A stretch of DNA of 28,363 nt. Source: a virus (Duplodnaviria; Caudoviricetes). The notes under the pieces are model-generated. The model made no database searches. It was not told where the DNA came from and worked only from the letters and a program-made list of their open reading frames with translations. Both the position numbers and the translations under genes were made by a program. The stretch lies in IMG/VR virus record IMGVR_UViG_3300025168_000478, positions 1-28,363 of that record; one strand, 5' to 3'. The stretch's first letter is position 1; each line of letters starts with the position of its first letter. This document shows positions 1-9,893 of the stretch, one piece after another.

Positions 1-335
1 GGCCCTCCTGCACCTACTGTCACTGGATAACTACCAGCTGCAACTGCAAGACCTGTACCAAATCTCATTCCACCTGCACCACCACCGCCTGCATTATTAG
101 ATCCTCCTCCACCTCCACCACCTACAATTAAGTATTCAGATATTTCTGTGACACCAGTCGGACATACCCAAGTTCCTGATCCTGTAAACTGTAATACAAC
201 ATCAAAATCAAGTAACCAGTTTCCTGAACCAATAAGTTGACTAACAGTTCCAAGTGTAAACATACCACTATGGGTACTGAATCGGCCTAACGATAAAGGT
301 TCAGCTCTTATTAAACCACCAGTGTAGCGACTCAT
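1..335 (-). CDS. Glycine-rich tail fibre/virion protein, 5' part only (runs off the window)
   Basis: Not in the ORF track. Manual translation from ATG at 335 gives MSRYTGGLIRAEPL...LQFTGSGTWVCPTGVTEISEYLIVGGGGGGGSNNAGGGGAGGMRFGTGLAVAAGSYPVTVGAGG, open to position 1. The FTxSGTWxxPxGV / YLxVGGGGGGG / YxVTVGAGG pattern is typical of phage glycine-rich (polyglycine) fibre domains. Confidence 0.8.
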   Translation of the reverse strand, partial: MSRYTGGLIRAEPLSLGRFSTHSGMFTLGTVSQLIGSGNWLLDFDVVLQFTGSGTWVCPTGVTEISEYLIVGGGGGGGSNNAGGGGAGGMRFGTGLAVAAGSYPVTVGAGG

Positions 336-343
336 TAGTTAAC

Positions 344-715
344 CTATGATATTATTTCAAAGCTAGTGGTATACACTATACTGCTTGTGGTGGAAGCATT
401 TGCCCCTATAGATTGATTTTCTTTTAGATAAAAACTCGTACTTTTATCAATAACTATTAAACTAGAATTTGCTGGCACAGTTATTGCATGAGCAATAGCG
501 TTAGATACACCACCTAAATCATCTAGAGGATAAAGATTCACATGAACCACAGCAGCTGTTGTGGTGTTATTGTTAGCTGCTATAATTGTATTAATTTTAA
601 GAACTTTACCACTACTAGCTGGATTATTAGCTATAGCTCTATCAGCAACGGCAGCTGCTACAGAAGTAGTGTCTCCCAGTATACTAGTTACGCCTACAAT
701 ATTTGGATTTGCCAT
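344..715 (-). CDS. Small beta-rich virion/fibre-associated protein (MANPNIV... family)
   Basis: 123-aa ORF co-oriented with the tail operon; AAGGA RBS upstream; ...ITVPANSSLIVIDKSTSFYLKENQSI... pattern recognised in aquatic phage tail modules. Confidence 0.75.
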   Translation of the reverse strand: MANPNIVGVTSILGDTTSVAAAVADRAIANNPASSGKVLKINTIIAANNNTTTAAVVHVNLYPLDDLGGVSNAIAHAITVPANSSLIVIDKSTSFYLKENQSIGANASTTSSIVYTTSFEIIS

Positions 716-728
716 TTATATTTTCCTT

Positions 729-878
729 TTAACCAAAAACTATTGACATAGCTATGGCTTTTCCTGTTGTTAAACCGGGAGTCTTTAGCTTAGCATTTGT
801 TATGCTACCATCTTCTATTTTAGCGTTAGTGATGGTACCAGTTGAAACTATATTACCTCTTAATTTAGTTAATGCCAT
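729..878 (-). CDS. 49-aa fibre anchor-like microprotein
   Basis: Not in the ORF track. MALTKLRGNIVSTGTITNAKIEDGSITNAKLKTPGLTTGKAIAMSIVFG*; fills the 716-886 gap; has a 10-aa repeat (GTITNAKIED/GSITNAKLKT) and a hydrophobic C-terminal motif. Confidence 0.8.
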   Translation of the reverse strand: MALTKLRGNIVSTGTITNAKIEDGSITNAKLKTPGLTTGKAIAMSIVFG

Positions 879-886
879 ATCTTACC

Positions 887-1261
887 CTATGTTTGATCTG
901 ATTCTAAAATTGACATAATAACATCTACATTGCCAGCAGTAGCTCTTACTTGTAATGATTGATTAACTTCTAATACAACTTTTTGATCTCCTCCAACAGC
1001 AACTAATGAACCACCAATTGGAACTGGAGCTGCTTGTACTAATGTTATGTTTCCATTAGGGCCAGTTGCTGTATTGACTTGAACATCAACACAAGCCGTA
1101 GTTGTAGTATTTCTGTTAGCTAAAGATAAACCTATAACTGTAGCCACACATCCAGTGGGAACTGAATAATTACCCACATTTGCAAAGGTAGTTAATGCAG
1201 CAACTTTATTATTTGCAAAACTTACGTTAGCTGATAGTTTATTTTTAAAATTGTTTGCCAT
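887..1261 (-). CDS. Small beta-rich virion/fibre-associated protein (MANNFKN... family)
   Basis: 124-aa ORF with AAGGA RBS; YSVP...ATVIGLSLAN...APVPIGGSLVAVGGDQKVVLE...VDVIMSILE pattern is common in aquatic phage tail regions. Confidence 0.75.
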   Translation of the reverse strand: MANNFKNKLSANVSFANNKVAALTTFANVGNYSVPTGCVATVIGLSLANRNTTTTACVDVQVNTATGPNGNITLVQAAPVPIGGSLVAVGGDQKVVLEVNQSLQVRATAGNVDVIMSILESDQT

Positions 1262-1273
1262 GTTGTTCCTTGA

Positions 1274-1471
1274 TTATCCTAAAGCAATTGCAAAAGGTAT
1301 TGCAGAAGCAGATGCATTGTTAGCAGTATTGCTTATTTCTATACTAAGATTTGCAAAATTATTATCTACTTGTTGATTAGTTAATGCTGAACCTTTTACA
1401 TCAACACCATTTGTAATTGCGTCTGGTAATAATGTTCCAGTTGTTCTTAAAGTAATATTTGCATATGTCAT
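1274..1471 (-). CDS. 65-aa fibre anchor-like microprotein
   Basis: Contains the KGSALTNQQVDNNFANL motif seen at N-termini of phage fibre proteins and ends in SAIPFAIALG; TAATG overlap with the upstream gene. Confidence 0.75.
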   Translation of the reverse strand: MTYANITLRTTGTLLPDAITNGVDVKGSALTNQQVDNNFANLSIEISNTANNASASAIPFAIALG

Positions 1472-1674
1472 TATTTTTCTGCCATTTTTATTAAAAGTTC
1501 TTTTATTTCATTTACTGATTGTTTTATAGTATTTATTTCATTATCCATACGTGCCATATTATCTTTGACTAAATTTTTTTGATTATATTCATAAAAAGCA
1601 TTTTTGTCAATGTTAACAATAGCTTTCGACTTTGGATCTCTAACTAAATGTGGAAAATCTTTTACTTTCATCAT
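1471..1674 (-). CDS. Conserved small coiled-coil hypothetical protein found after VrlC in T4-like phages
   Basis: LVRDPKSKAIVNID motif and C-terminal heptads (INTIKQSVNEIKELLIKM); ATGA overlap with the upstream gene. Confidence 0.75.
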   Translation of the reverse strand: MMKVKDFPHLVRDPKSKAIVNIDKNAFYEYNQKNLVKDNMARMDNEINTIKQSVNEIKELLIKMAEK

Positions 1675-3599
1675 CTTAATGCTATCGCTCTTAAATTCTT
1701 AATTTTAGCAATTTTTGAATTATCAGTAGAACCTAAAACTATTTTAAATACTAGTGAATTAAATTCATCTATATTATTAACTTCTTTTTGAAATTGAACA
1801 AATTCTCCACCAAGAGAATCTTGAATAGTGACATTCGACACTTTCTCATATTCTATAGTGTTCATATTTGTGCTATCGCCAGCTAGTTTTGTCTTTAAGT
1901 ATATATTTACACTAGCTTCTGATGGTTTAGCAACATCAAAGAAAAACTTAACGCCCGTTGATGGATTAATAAAATCAATTTGTCTTGAAATATATTTTGA
2001 ATACGCAGAACCACCAACTGCAGCTTCTTCAGCTACAAAGTCATTAGTTGAAACAATAGAATAAACATTATGATTTGATGTATCAGGTGTAATAACAGCA
2101 TTACCAGTTATTTTTTTCACCTTTATTCTAACATTACTACTTGTTCCTTGACCCACGTCTAAAACTCTATATAAACCTGAATTGTATGTACCAGCACCTG
2201 TAAGAGTTGTATTAGCACTAACATTTAAAATACTACCATTAATAATAGCATTAGAATTATTACAATCATTAATATTTGCCAAATTAATTATACCAATAGC
2301 ATTTGACAATAAGTAAAAATTAGCTTTGTGTCCTACACCTTTATTATTACTTCCAATATTAGAAATTAAATCAAATTCATGTTTTAAAACAGTAGCAAAT
2401 GAAGGTTCATTAACTAAATTTCTTTTAAAATTAACACCTAATTGTTCAATATCAATAACAGGAGAGACTCTATCATTATCAGTATTCATATCAATTCTAT
2501 AATCAAATGTTTCTCTACCTGAAGCTTTTCTTCTTTTATTTGTTGGACCAGCTATTGTTCTTTCTGTTTCAAAATCATTTTGAACTGCATTTTGAATTTC
2601 ACTAAAAGTTGTATCAACAGTATATGTGCTTCCAAGTGTAGTAGTTATAACTTTGTTTGATACACTTGTATTAGCTGGTTTAAATATTGAATTTTGAGGT
2701 GTTATTGAAGAATAGGATGTATTTTCAAATACTCTCACATAACCACCACCAAATCTTGATCTGCTTGTTACATTCGGCATACCAGAACCACCATTGCCTG
2801 CACTTAAAATTGGAGATGCACCAAGATTAATTGTATATGATCCTAACTTAACATTGGATATTTGAAAATCTTGCTCTTGAATAACATTACCAGGTAATCC
2901 TACTACATTACCAATATGATAACTTCCATTAGCTAATAATATATTTGCATTGCTAACATTTTTTATATTAACAAACGAATCATTTATAAAACCATGATTA
3001 AAATGATACACTTTCATAGTTGTAAAACCAGGATATACTTCCAAAGGATCTACTTCTAATGCTTCAGTTATATCGGTTCCTAAACCACCAGAACCTGAAA
3101 GCTCTAAAGGAACTGTTGCTGTTACGTCAGTTGAAAATTTAGCTCTATAAATGTTAACTTTTATATCTTCGAATAAATCTGGCTGGAAAAGTTTTAAATT
3201 TTCTGATAAAAACAAAGAACCTATCAAAGGTTGCTCTGATATTCTTCTTCCTGTTTTAGTATCAGTACCATTTAATTCTGAAACATAAACATTATATGCT
3301 CTTGAATCTGATCCAACCGATAAAGCATATTCACCTGTATCCACAAATATTGGTGAACTAAATGTAACAGTAGTTGCAACATTAGCGTTATCTGAAGTTA
3401 AAACATTGGCAGCAGGAATATGTGCTTGACTAAATGGTAGTATTGTTTGGCCAGGCTGATTATCTACAATTCTTCTTAATTGTAAAAAAACAGGAATAGT
3501 AGCATCAGCAGACTGAAAGAACAAATCAACTTTTGTAATATAAGTTGGTTCTTCAACTATAAAAGATTGAGCTACTGGATCTATTCTGTTAAGTGCCAT
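1671..3599 (-). CDS. VrlC-like virion structural protein, C-terminal part encoded as a separate gene
   Basis: Starts at DPVAQSF...ITKVDLFF...IPVFLQLR and ends FNSLVFKIVL...KIKNLRAIAL, which are the C-terminal motifs of VrlC-like proteins in T4-like cyano/pelagiphages. Confidence 0.8.
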   Translation of the reverse strand: MALNRIDPVAQSFIVEEPTYITKVDLFFQSADATIPVFLQLRRIVDNQPGQTILPFSQAHIPAANVLTSDNANVATTVTFSSPIFVDTGEYALSVGSDSRAYNVYVSELNGTDTKTGRRISEQPLIGSLFLSENLKLFQPDLFEDIKVNIYRAKFSTDVTATVPLELSGSGGLGTDITEALEVDPLEVYPGFTTMKVYHFNHGFINDSFVNIKNVSNANILLANGSYHIGNVVGLPGNVIQEQDFQISNVKLGSYTINLGASPILSAGNGGSGMPNVTSRSRFGGGYVRVFENTSYSSITPQNSIFKPANTSVSNKVITTTLGSTYTVDTTFSEIQNAVQNDFETERTIAGPTNKRRKASGRETFDYRIDMNTDNDRVSPVIDIEQLGVNFKRNLVNEPSFATVLKHEFDLISNIGSNNKGVGHKANFYLLSNAIGIINLANINDCNNSNAIINGSILNVSANTTLTGAGTYNSGLYRVLDVGQGTSSNVRIKVKKITGNAVITPDTSNHNVYSIVSTNDFVAEEAAVGGSAYSKYISRQIDFINPSTGVKFFFDVAKPSEASVNIYLKTKLAGDSTNMNTIEYEKVSNVTIQDSLGGEFVQFQKEVNNIDEFNSLVFKIVLGSTDNSKIAKIKNLRAIALR

Positions 3600-3607
3600 T
3601 TAAATTC

Positions 3608-6600
3608 CTACAAATATTTGTTATTGAAATCTGATGCTAATTCTGCTTGAGCTTCTTCTTGTGTATAGTAACCAACTCTTGAAGCATCTCCAAACTGATC
3701 AGCTACTCCACCTTGAGTCTCTTTATCTTGCTCACCGTGTGTTGTGGCTCCTTGAGCAAACGATTGGAAAAATTCCTCAACATTTGCAATTTCAGAAGCA
3801 TCAGTTTTTGTACTTACACCAGGGAATTCTCTCTCCCACCATTCTACATCTTCTTCTCGAGCAACTCCTCCAAAAGCTAAATGAACTATTTGATCTGGAG
3901 GAATATTACCTCTAATATCTGCGTATACTTGTTCCAAAATACTTTTTTGTGGAAATATTTCAGGTGGGATCTGAGGATCCTTAACTGTTGGAGTTGGAGG
4001 TTGTGGTGGTTGAGCAGGTCTTAATACTTCAGTAGTAATTTCTCTAATTACACCATCACTTACAAAAACTTGTTCTGCAAATGTAACTTCTGCTTCTTGA
4101 TCATTAATAGGTGAACTTGAAAGTCTTAATAATTTTTTACCTGTATTAATATTTAATGATGTTGATACATAATGAAAATCTAGTTCAATTGATCCAAAAT
4201 TATCAGTAGTTAATACTAATGAACTGTTAGACATTAAATTTGAAAGATCTCTTCTAGTCACTCTTGTATCAGATTTAGCAGCGTTTGTTGCAATATTTGC
4301 AGCAAGTTGTAATTGTTTTGTTTTTATTTCAGCTGTAACTTGACTTAAAAATGGTTGAATAGGTTGTCCATCAAAGAAACCAAATACTTGTGTATTGGGT
4401 CTCATACCTTCCACATTAACTTTTATAAATGCACTTCTCATTTTTGGAACAACTGTAATATTTTTTACAATTTCATTACCTTGTAATTTTAATGAAGATG
4501 TAGCTGGCGAAATTGATCCCAATAAATCTGATAAACCTTTTAAGTTTTCTGGAAGTTCATCTGTATTTTGTGGTACTCCATTTCTTAATTGTTCAATATC
4601 ATTAAGTGAACCAAATATATTTCTTCCATCTCTTTTAACAAAAGATAATGTACTTAAAGTCTCGAAAGAACCGGTTCTGTCAACTTGTACCTGTGGAACT
4701 CTTTTATCATCAAACCACAAATCTCCTGGTGGAGACAGTGTCATTGCTCCTTGAAACTGATTAAGGTTAAATGGATTCAAATTTTGTGTCTTACTTGAAA
4801 ATGGATTTCTTACTAATATTTCATGAGTATATGGCAAAGAAGCAACTGATCCAGTAAGAACGTAATTATTACTTGTTCTTTGAGCATCAGTAGTTGATGC
4901 TTCTCTCATGTTTATAAATTCACTTTTTATAAGAGGACTAGCTTCTTTTTTAGTATAATTAACAGATACAGCATAATCAGGATTTTCTAATGAATCTCCT
5001 ACACCATGGCCCGTAAATGAATCAACTACAAAACCATTTTTAAATCTTTCAAAACCTAGATCATCTTGTATTTGTTCTTGTTGTGCATCTCTTTCAAGCA
5101 AATTTAAAGTTGTGTAAAATTCTAATGTTTTTACTCTATTTTCTAATCTACCAATATCTTTCATGGTAAATCTTTTGTTTTCGACTCTCTTAACTTCTAT
5201 GTCCCTATTAATATTAAACACATATGGTTTTTGTTGAAACACAAATAGTTTTAATAAGTCAGATGGAAAATTAGGTTCTCTTGGACTAAGTTCACTTGTT
5301 CCCTCAACGACAAAAAAGTTACCTTTTTCATTCAATCCAACTGAAGATATCTTAGGCAAGAAGTATTGATAATCTGTAACAAAATTTACTTCTGGATCTA
5401 AAAATTCTGTTGTCGAAGCACCTGTGCCAGTAAATCCAGTCCCTACATCATTTATTCTTGGTCTAAAATCTAAACAATCTCTTAGACTAAAGAACACACC
5501 ATTAAACTCAACTGTTGGTATATCTTCATAATCAGGATATGATCCAACAGAGAAAAAGTCTCCAGCTCCATGAGCAAAGAAATCAAAAGTAACTCTTATT
5601 GGATGTTCTGGTTTTGCTTTACCAGCTTTTAATTTTACTTTAGCAAGATCATAAAATGTAGATTTTTGACCATTGTCAAATGAATATCTTTCTGTAACAT
5701 CAGAAGAACCAGAATCGGTATAAGAGGATCCAAAGGCCACATTTGACATTTTAACTGATTTTAATTTAAAACCATCTGCTTTACCTAAAGTTAGTATTGA
5801 TGCTTGAGCAGTTTCTTTGGTAGTAAAATCTATTGTTTGATTTGCATTTAATGTTTTAGTTTTTCTTAAAGCTGCACTAGTTACTTTATTTACAGTAACT
5901 ATAAATTCCATACTTTCATTATTTAAATTTTCACCAGGTGATCCACTAAAGTCAAAAGTTACTTGAGTAGATCCTCCATTAAATGAAATATCACCACTTT
6001 GTATGCTAATATATTGTCCTCTTCTGGTTCCAGAAGTAATTATAGCTTGATAATTATCAGTAGAAAATGGTGCAAATGTTTCGTTAGTACCAGTTGTTAA
6101 AGTAGCTGCTCCAGATGATAAAGATTGTGTTATCTGTCTTTTTACAGTATATGTTGTTTTTGTGTTAGCTGGGTCAACTGCCTTCAAAACTTCAAATGGG
6201 AATTGAGTAATTAAAATATCTTTACTTGAATCTCCAATGTTTGAAGTATTAAGTGAAAAAGGTGCAAATGAATTAGCTATATTTCCAAGTGGAGTTCTGT
6301 CAATCGTAAGTGTCACATCATCAGCAATAGCACTTACTATTAATCTATGGGTAAATGTAGAATTACTATGTGTTATTACATCACCAACTTTAAGTTGTGA
6401 TGAAAACCTTGTACCACTACCTAATACTGTTGTTGAAGCATTATTATAAGTAATAGCACCACTAAGGTTAGTTAAAACAGGAGTTATATTAGCTGCAAAA
6501 TCAAAATTAGTAGATGCTTCAACTTGTTTAGCATCACGATCAAATGTTTTACCATCATTCATGTTTATATCAAATAAATGCAATCTAAACGAAGCAGTTC

Positions 6601-7948
6601 TTCCAGCAGCTCCACCCAGTGCAGGTGCAACATTGCCAGTTTGATAAATTAAACCTCTTGATTTAGCAGTACCTACTAAATTACCATTTTGACCAACATT
6701 ACTACTTTTATAAGCATCTCTTAAATTAACAGTTTCTATAATAGCTAGATCTGGTGCTGAATTAACATCATCAATAGTAACAAAACTTGATAATTGACTT
6801 GCAATAGTTCCAGTGCTCACATTAGCAAAATTTCTTGCTTTGTCCATAGTCAAAAATCTTGAAGGAATATCATCTACTTCATATCCTTTGACAAATGCTT
6901 TACCAGGTGTTATAACTGAAACAAATTTTGCATTACTTCCACCATTAGCAGCTAAAAAGACTCCATCATTCGAAGTGGTAGCAATGTTAGCAAAAGTATT
7001 GGTGCCTGTTGGACTTGATTTTAAATGTTCTCTTAATTCTAAACCAAATGTTTCTACTTCATAATTTCCAGATTCATCAAAAGTCCTTCTAGCTAATGTA
7101 TCACCTAAAACACTAAATCTAGGATCAATATTTTTTGAAATAACTCTTCCATCTTCTACTCTAACTACTTCAATAAAATTAGTATCTGTAAGTGAATTAA
7201 ATTCTAAATCTCTACTTGATAATGTTAAATTAGCTTTGTATCTATCAGCACCAGGAGCAAAAAAGTTAAATGTTCCAGTAGCTGGGTCTAATAAAGAAGT
7301 GTCATCAGTAGATTCAACAACTGATTCAGTAACTGTTAAACCAACAATTTTATTTTGTACATTTGCATATTTTTCAATAATATGTGTTTGTTGTTGAACT
7401 AAAAGAAAATTTCCCTTTGCAAAAATTGTACTTTTGCCTATTGAAAATGTAGTACCAAAACCTGTAGCTCCAGAAGATAATGCTTGAACAGTAATTGAAC
7501 CATTAGTGTTTTTTATTTCTTCATTATCATTGAATACTAATAAATTGCTAGTACCACCATCTGTGTATTTTACAAATAAAGTGGGTGGGTCACCATCAAC
7601 TGTTGAGGTAGCAACATCAATTACTAATGCTATTACACCGGTTGTTTCACCTTTAACTAATTGACCAATTAAACTTGAAACAACAGAATCGGCTTCAACG
7701 CCTCCAACTGAATTCTCAAGTTTAACAAAAGCGAAGTTTGGATCAAATGTTTCACTAGGAGGCGATACAAATGAACCATCTTTGTATATACCCCTACCAA
7801 ATCTTTCAACTTGTGATTGTATAATTGTTTGTAATTGAGTTAACTCTCTGGCTTGTACAGCGCGCCCAGGTCGGAATAGAATTCTTACGAATTCTTTTTC
7901 TTCGTTGAAATCATCAAAATGAGGAGATGTGCTAAAAACTGTAGGCAT
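3608..7948 (-). CDS. VrlC-like (DUF4815-type) large baseplate/virion structural protein, N-terminal part
   Basis: SPHFDDF...RILFRPGRAVQARELTQLQ, APGADRYK, LARRTFDESGNY, GKAFVKGYEV, LRDCLDFRPR, RFTMKDIGRLENRV, RFKNGFVVDSF; located after gp8. Confidence 0.88.
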   Translation of the reverse strand: MPTVFSTSPHFDDFNEEKEFVRILFRPGRAVQARELTQLQTIIQSQVERFGRGIYKDGSFVSPPSETFDPNFAFVKLENSVGGVEADSVVSSLIGQLVKGETTGVIALVIDVATSTVDGDPPTLFVKYTDGGTSNLLVFNDNEEIKNTNGSITVQALSSGATGFGTTFSIGKSTIFAKGNFLLVQQQTHIIEKYANVQNKIVGLTVTESVVESTDDTSLLDPATGTFNFFAPGADRYKANLTLSSRDLEFNSLTDTNFIEVVRVEDGRVISKNIDPRFSVLGDTLARRTFDESGNYEVETFGLELREHLKSSPTGTNTFANIATTSNDGVFLAANGGSNAKFVSVITPGKAFVKGYEVDDIPSRFLTMDKARNFANVSTGTIASQLSSFVTIDDVNSAPDLAIIETVNLRDAYKSSNVGQNGNLVGTAKSRGLIYQTGNVAPALGGAAGRTASFRLHLFDINMNDGKTFDRDAKQVEASTNFDFAANITPVLTNLSGAITYNNASTTVLGSGTRFSSQLKVGDVITHSNSTFTHRLIVSAIADDVTLTIDRTPLGNIANSFAPFSLNTSNIGDSSKDILITQFPFEVLKAVDPANTKTTYTVKRQITQSLSSGAATLTTGTNETFAPFSTDNYQAIITSGTRRGQYISIQSGDISFNGGSTQVTFDFSGSPGENLNNESMEFIVTVNKVTSAALRKTKTLNANQTIDFTTKETAQASILTLGKADGFKLKSVKMSNVAFGSSYTDSGSSDVTERYSFDNGQKSTFYDLAKVKLKAGKAKPEHPIRVTFDFFAHGAGDFFSVGSYPDYEDIPTVEFNGVFFSLRDCLDFRPRINDVGTGFTGTGASTTEFLDPEVNFVTDYQYFLPKISSVGLNEKGNFFVVEGTSELSPREPNFPSDLLKLFVFQQKPYVFNINRDIEVKRVENKRFTMKDIGRLENRVKTLEFYTTLNLLERDAQQEQIQDDLGFERFKNGFVVDSFTGHGVGDSLENPDYAVSVNYTKKEASPLIKSEFINMREASTTDAQRTSNNYVLTGSVASLPYTHEILVRNPFSSKTQNLNPFNLNQFQGAMTLSPPGDLWFDDKRVPQVQVDRTGSFETLSTLSFVKRDGRNIFGSLNDIEQLRNGVPQNTDELPENLKGLSDLLGSISPATSSLKLQGNEIVKNITVVPKMRSAFIKVNVEGMRPNTQVFGFFDGQPIQPFLSQVTAEIKTKQLQLAANIATNAAKSDTRVTRRDLSNLMSNSSLVLTTDNFGSIELDFHYVSTSLNINTGKKLLRLSSSPINDQEAEVTFAEQVFVSDGVIREITTEVLRPAQPPQPPTPTVKDPQIPPEIFPQKSILEQVYADIRGNIPPDQIVHLAFGGVAREEDVEWWEREFPGVSTKTDASEIANVEEFFQSFAQGATTHGEQDKETQGGVADQFGDASRVGYYTQEEAQAELASDFNNKYL

Positions 7949-7951
7949 AAT

Positions 7952-9892
7952 TTACAATCTTAATATTGTTCTAAAGGTTACTAATTGATCATCTGTAAAT
8001 GTTACAGCTGTTCTGTTATCTATGAATAATAAATCACCACTAGACTTATTTATATCAGGTTGACCATCTATTGAACTCACAGTAAATTCTCTTCCACCAG
8101 GGGTGACAAGCACATCTGATACAGATAAAGTATGATTATTTAGATTAGTAAGTAGAATTTGTTTTGTGGTAGTTTTTGTTTGTATAACAACAAATTTTCT
8201 AGTTGTATCTGATTTTAAATCTAATACGACGTCTTGTGCAACAGGATTAGAAGGATCCACTATTGAATCGAAAGTTGCTAAAAATGAAGGTGTGCCATTT
8301 TTATCTGCAAATGTTTTTTTGTTTCCAGATTGTTCTAAATCTTTTATAATACCAAATTGTCTAAAATCATTGTCAACTGTAATCCCATGAATTTCTTCAT
8401 TGTTTATAGTAGAGAAAAACATTAATGAATCAGCAAACAATTCAGTTGGAGCATCAAAACCATGTCCATTTGGTGGAGATAATATAGCAGAAACATTTGC
8501 ATTAGATCCTCCACCTCCTGTAATTATCACATTTGCAAATGTAAATCCTGAACCTGGATTAGTAATTATTATATTACTAACAGTTCCTGTGCCTAAATTT
8601 AATCCAACATTACCAGTAAATCCTGTCCCATCACCAACAACACTAACTTGAACATTTGAAACATTGGCATAACCAGTGCCTCCACTATTTACTTTAAAAT
8701 TTTCTATTGCACCAGCAATTGAAGATAATTCGACTCTACTTTGAGAAGTATCTAAATCACCCGTCGAAAAACTTACTGATACATTAGCTCCTGTCCCTGT
8801 ACTACTCTCGACGTTTAATACAGCAAAAGTATAACCTTCACCTCTATTTGTTATAACTACGTCTTCTACTTCTCCAGCATCACTTACAAAAGGTTCTAAT
8901 TTAGCATTAATTCCATCACCGGAAACTGTTATAGTAGTTTGTGCATTTTTAGTATAATTTTTACCAGGATCTAGTATAGCAATAGATTGAAATTTATTGT
9001 CATTAATAATAGGCAATAAATTTGCAGTAGAATTCACTACCGTTCTATTTACACTTCCTGGCCCAGAAAATGTTACATTTGGAAATAAATTACTACCAGT
9101 ACCTGTTGGATCAGTTATTACTATATTGCCACCAGCAACACCAAAACCAGGATGTGTAATAATAACCCTATCAAATGATCCTGTTGTTTCATTAATTATA
9201 GCTTCAACATTTGGTATATTTGAAGTCGTGTTTGAGGCTGGACTTGTGAAATGAACATTGGCTCTTAAACTTATGGAAGGAGCACCTGAATATCCACTAC
9301 CTTTACTATCGATAGTGACTGCATCTATTTCACCATTATTATAGAAAGATTCTAACACAGATTTCTGAACTGGCATAAATGTGTCAGTTAAAAATCTTGA
9401 TCTTAGTGCTAATGGTATAGTGTACATAAATTTCCACTTATACCCATCACCTAAAGTAATTACACCTAAATCATTACCTAATGGTTCAACTGTTGAAGCT
9501 GCACCATTATTATTTGAAATACATTTGTATACCTGAAATGAAGAGGATATAACATAAAAAAGAGAAGACTTTAATGTTGTAGCTCCAGAACTGGCAGGAT
9601 TAGTTGTAGAATAATTTAAATCAAACTGGTCATATATTGTACCTGTGGCCCAATTTTTTCTTGGTATAACTAATGATACATCTGAAGTAGTAATTTTTTT
9701 AACATTAATAATTCTATTTCTAGTATCATTTTCATCAATACCAGTTTCATTAGGAGTAGGTGGAGTAGTAGGATCAGACCAATCTACTACCTTTCCAATA
9801 AAATAATAATAATTTGATCTAGCAGAAAAAAGTTCATTGAAAACTGAATCAGCTAACGTCTTATGAATAGAATCTTTAAGTTTAAAAGTCAT
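7952..9892 (-). CDS. gp8: Baseplate wedge subunit gp8-like
   Basis: YYYFIGK, VIPRKNWATGTIYDQFD, VYKCISNNNGAASTVEP, DGYKWKFMYTIP, repeated GxGY segments, NDFRQFGIIKD, SGDLLFIDNR. Confidence 0.88.
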   Translation of the reverse strand: MTFKLKDSIHKTLADSVFNELFSARSNYYYFIGKVVDWSDPTTPPTPNETGIDENDTRNRIINVKKITTSDVSLVIPRKNWATGTIYDQFDLNYSTTNPASSGATTLKSSLFYVISSSFQVYKCISNNNGAASTVEPLGNDLGVITLGDGYKWKFMYTIPLALRSRFLTDTFMPVQKSVLESFYNNGEIDAVTIDSKGSGYSGAPSISLRANVHFTSPASNTTSNIPNVEAIINETTGSFDRVIITHPGFGVAGGNIVITDPTGTGSNLFPNVTFSGPGSVNRTVVNSTANLLPIINDNKFQSIAILDPGKNYTKNAQTTITVSGDGINAKLEPFVSDAGEVEDVVITNRGEGYTFAVLNVESSTGTGANVSVSFSTGDLDTSQSRVELSSIAGAIENFKVNSGGTGYANVSNVQVSVVGDGTGFTGNVGLNLGTGTVSNIIITNPGSGFTFANVIITGGGGSNANVSAILSPPNGHGFDAPTELFADSLMFFSTINNEEIHGITVDNDFRQFGIIKDLEQSGNKKTFADKNGTPSFLATFDSIVDPSNPVAQDVVLDLKSDTTRKFVVIQTKTTTKQILLTNLNNHTLSVSDVLVTPGGREFTVSSIDGQPDINKSSGDLLFIDNRTAVTFTDDQLVTFRTILRL

Positions 9893-9893
9893 A

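Noticed and set aside
110-120. CACCTCCACCA on the plus strand, the exact 3' end expected for the tmRNA acceptor piece
   Set aside because: It is the reverse complement of poly-Gly codons (GGT GGA GGT) in the fibre gene. There is no T-arm upstream, and it lies on the opposite strand 28 kb away.
542-751. Plus-strand ORFs 542-751 and 561-746, the latter resembling a signal peptide or membrane protein
   Set aside because: Antisense shadows of two well-supported minus-strand genes; the hydrophobicity follows from reverse-complemented codons.
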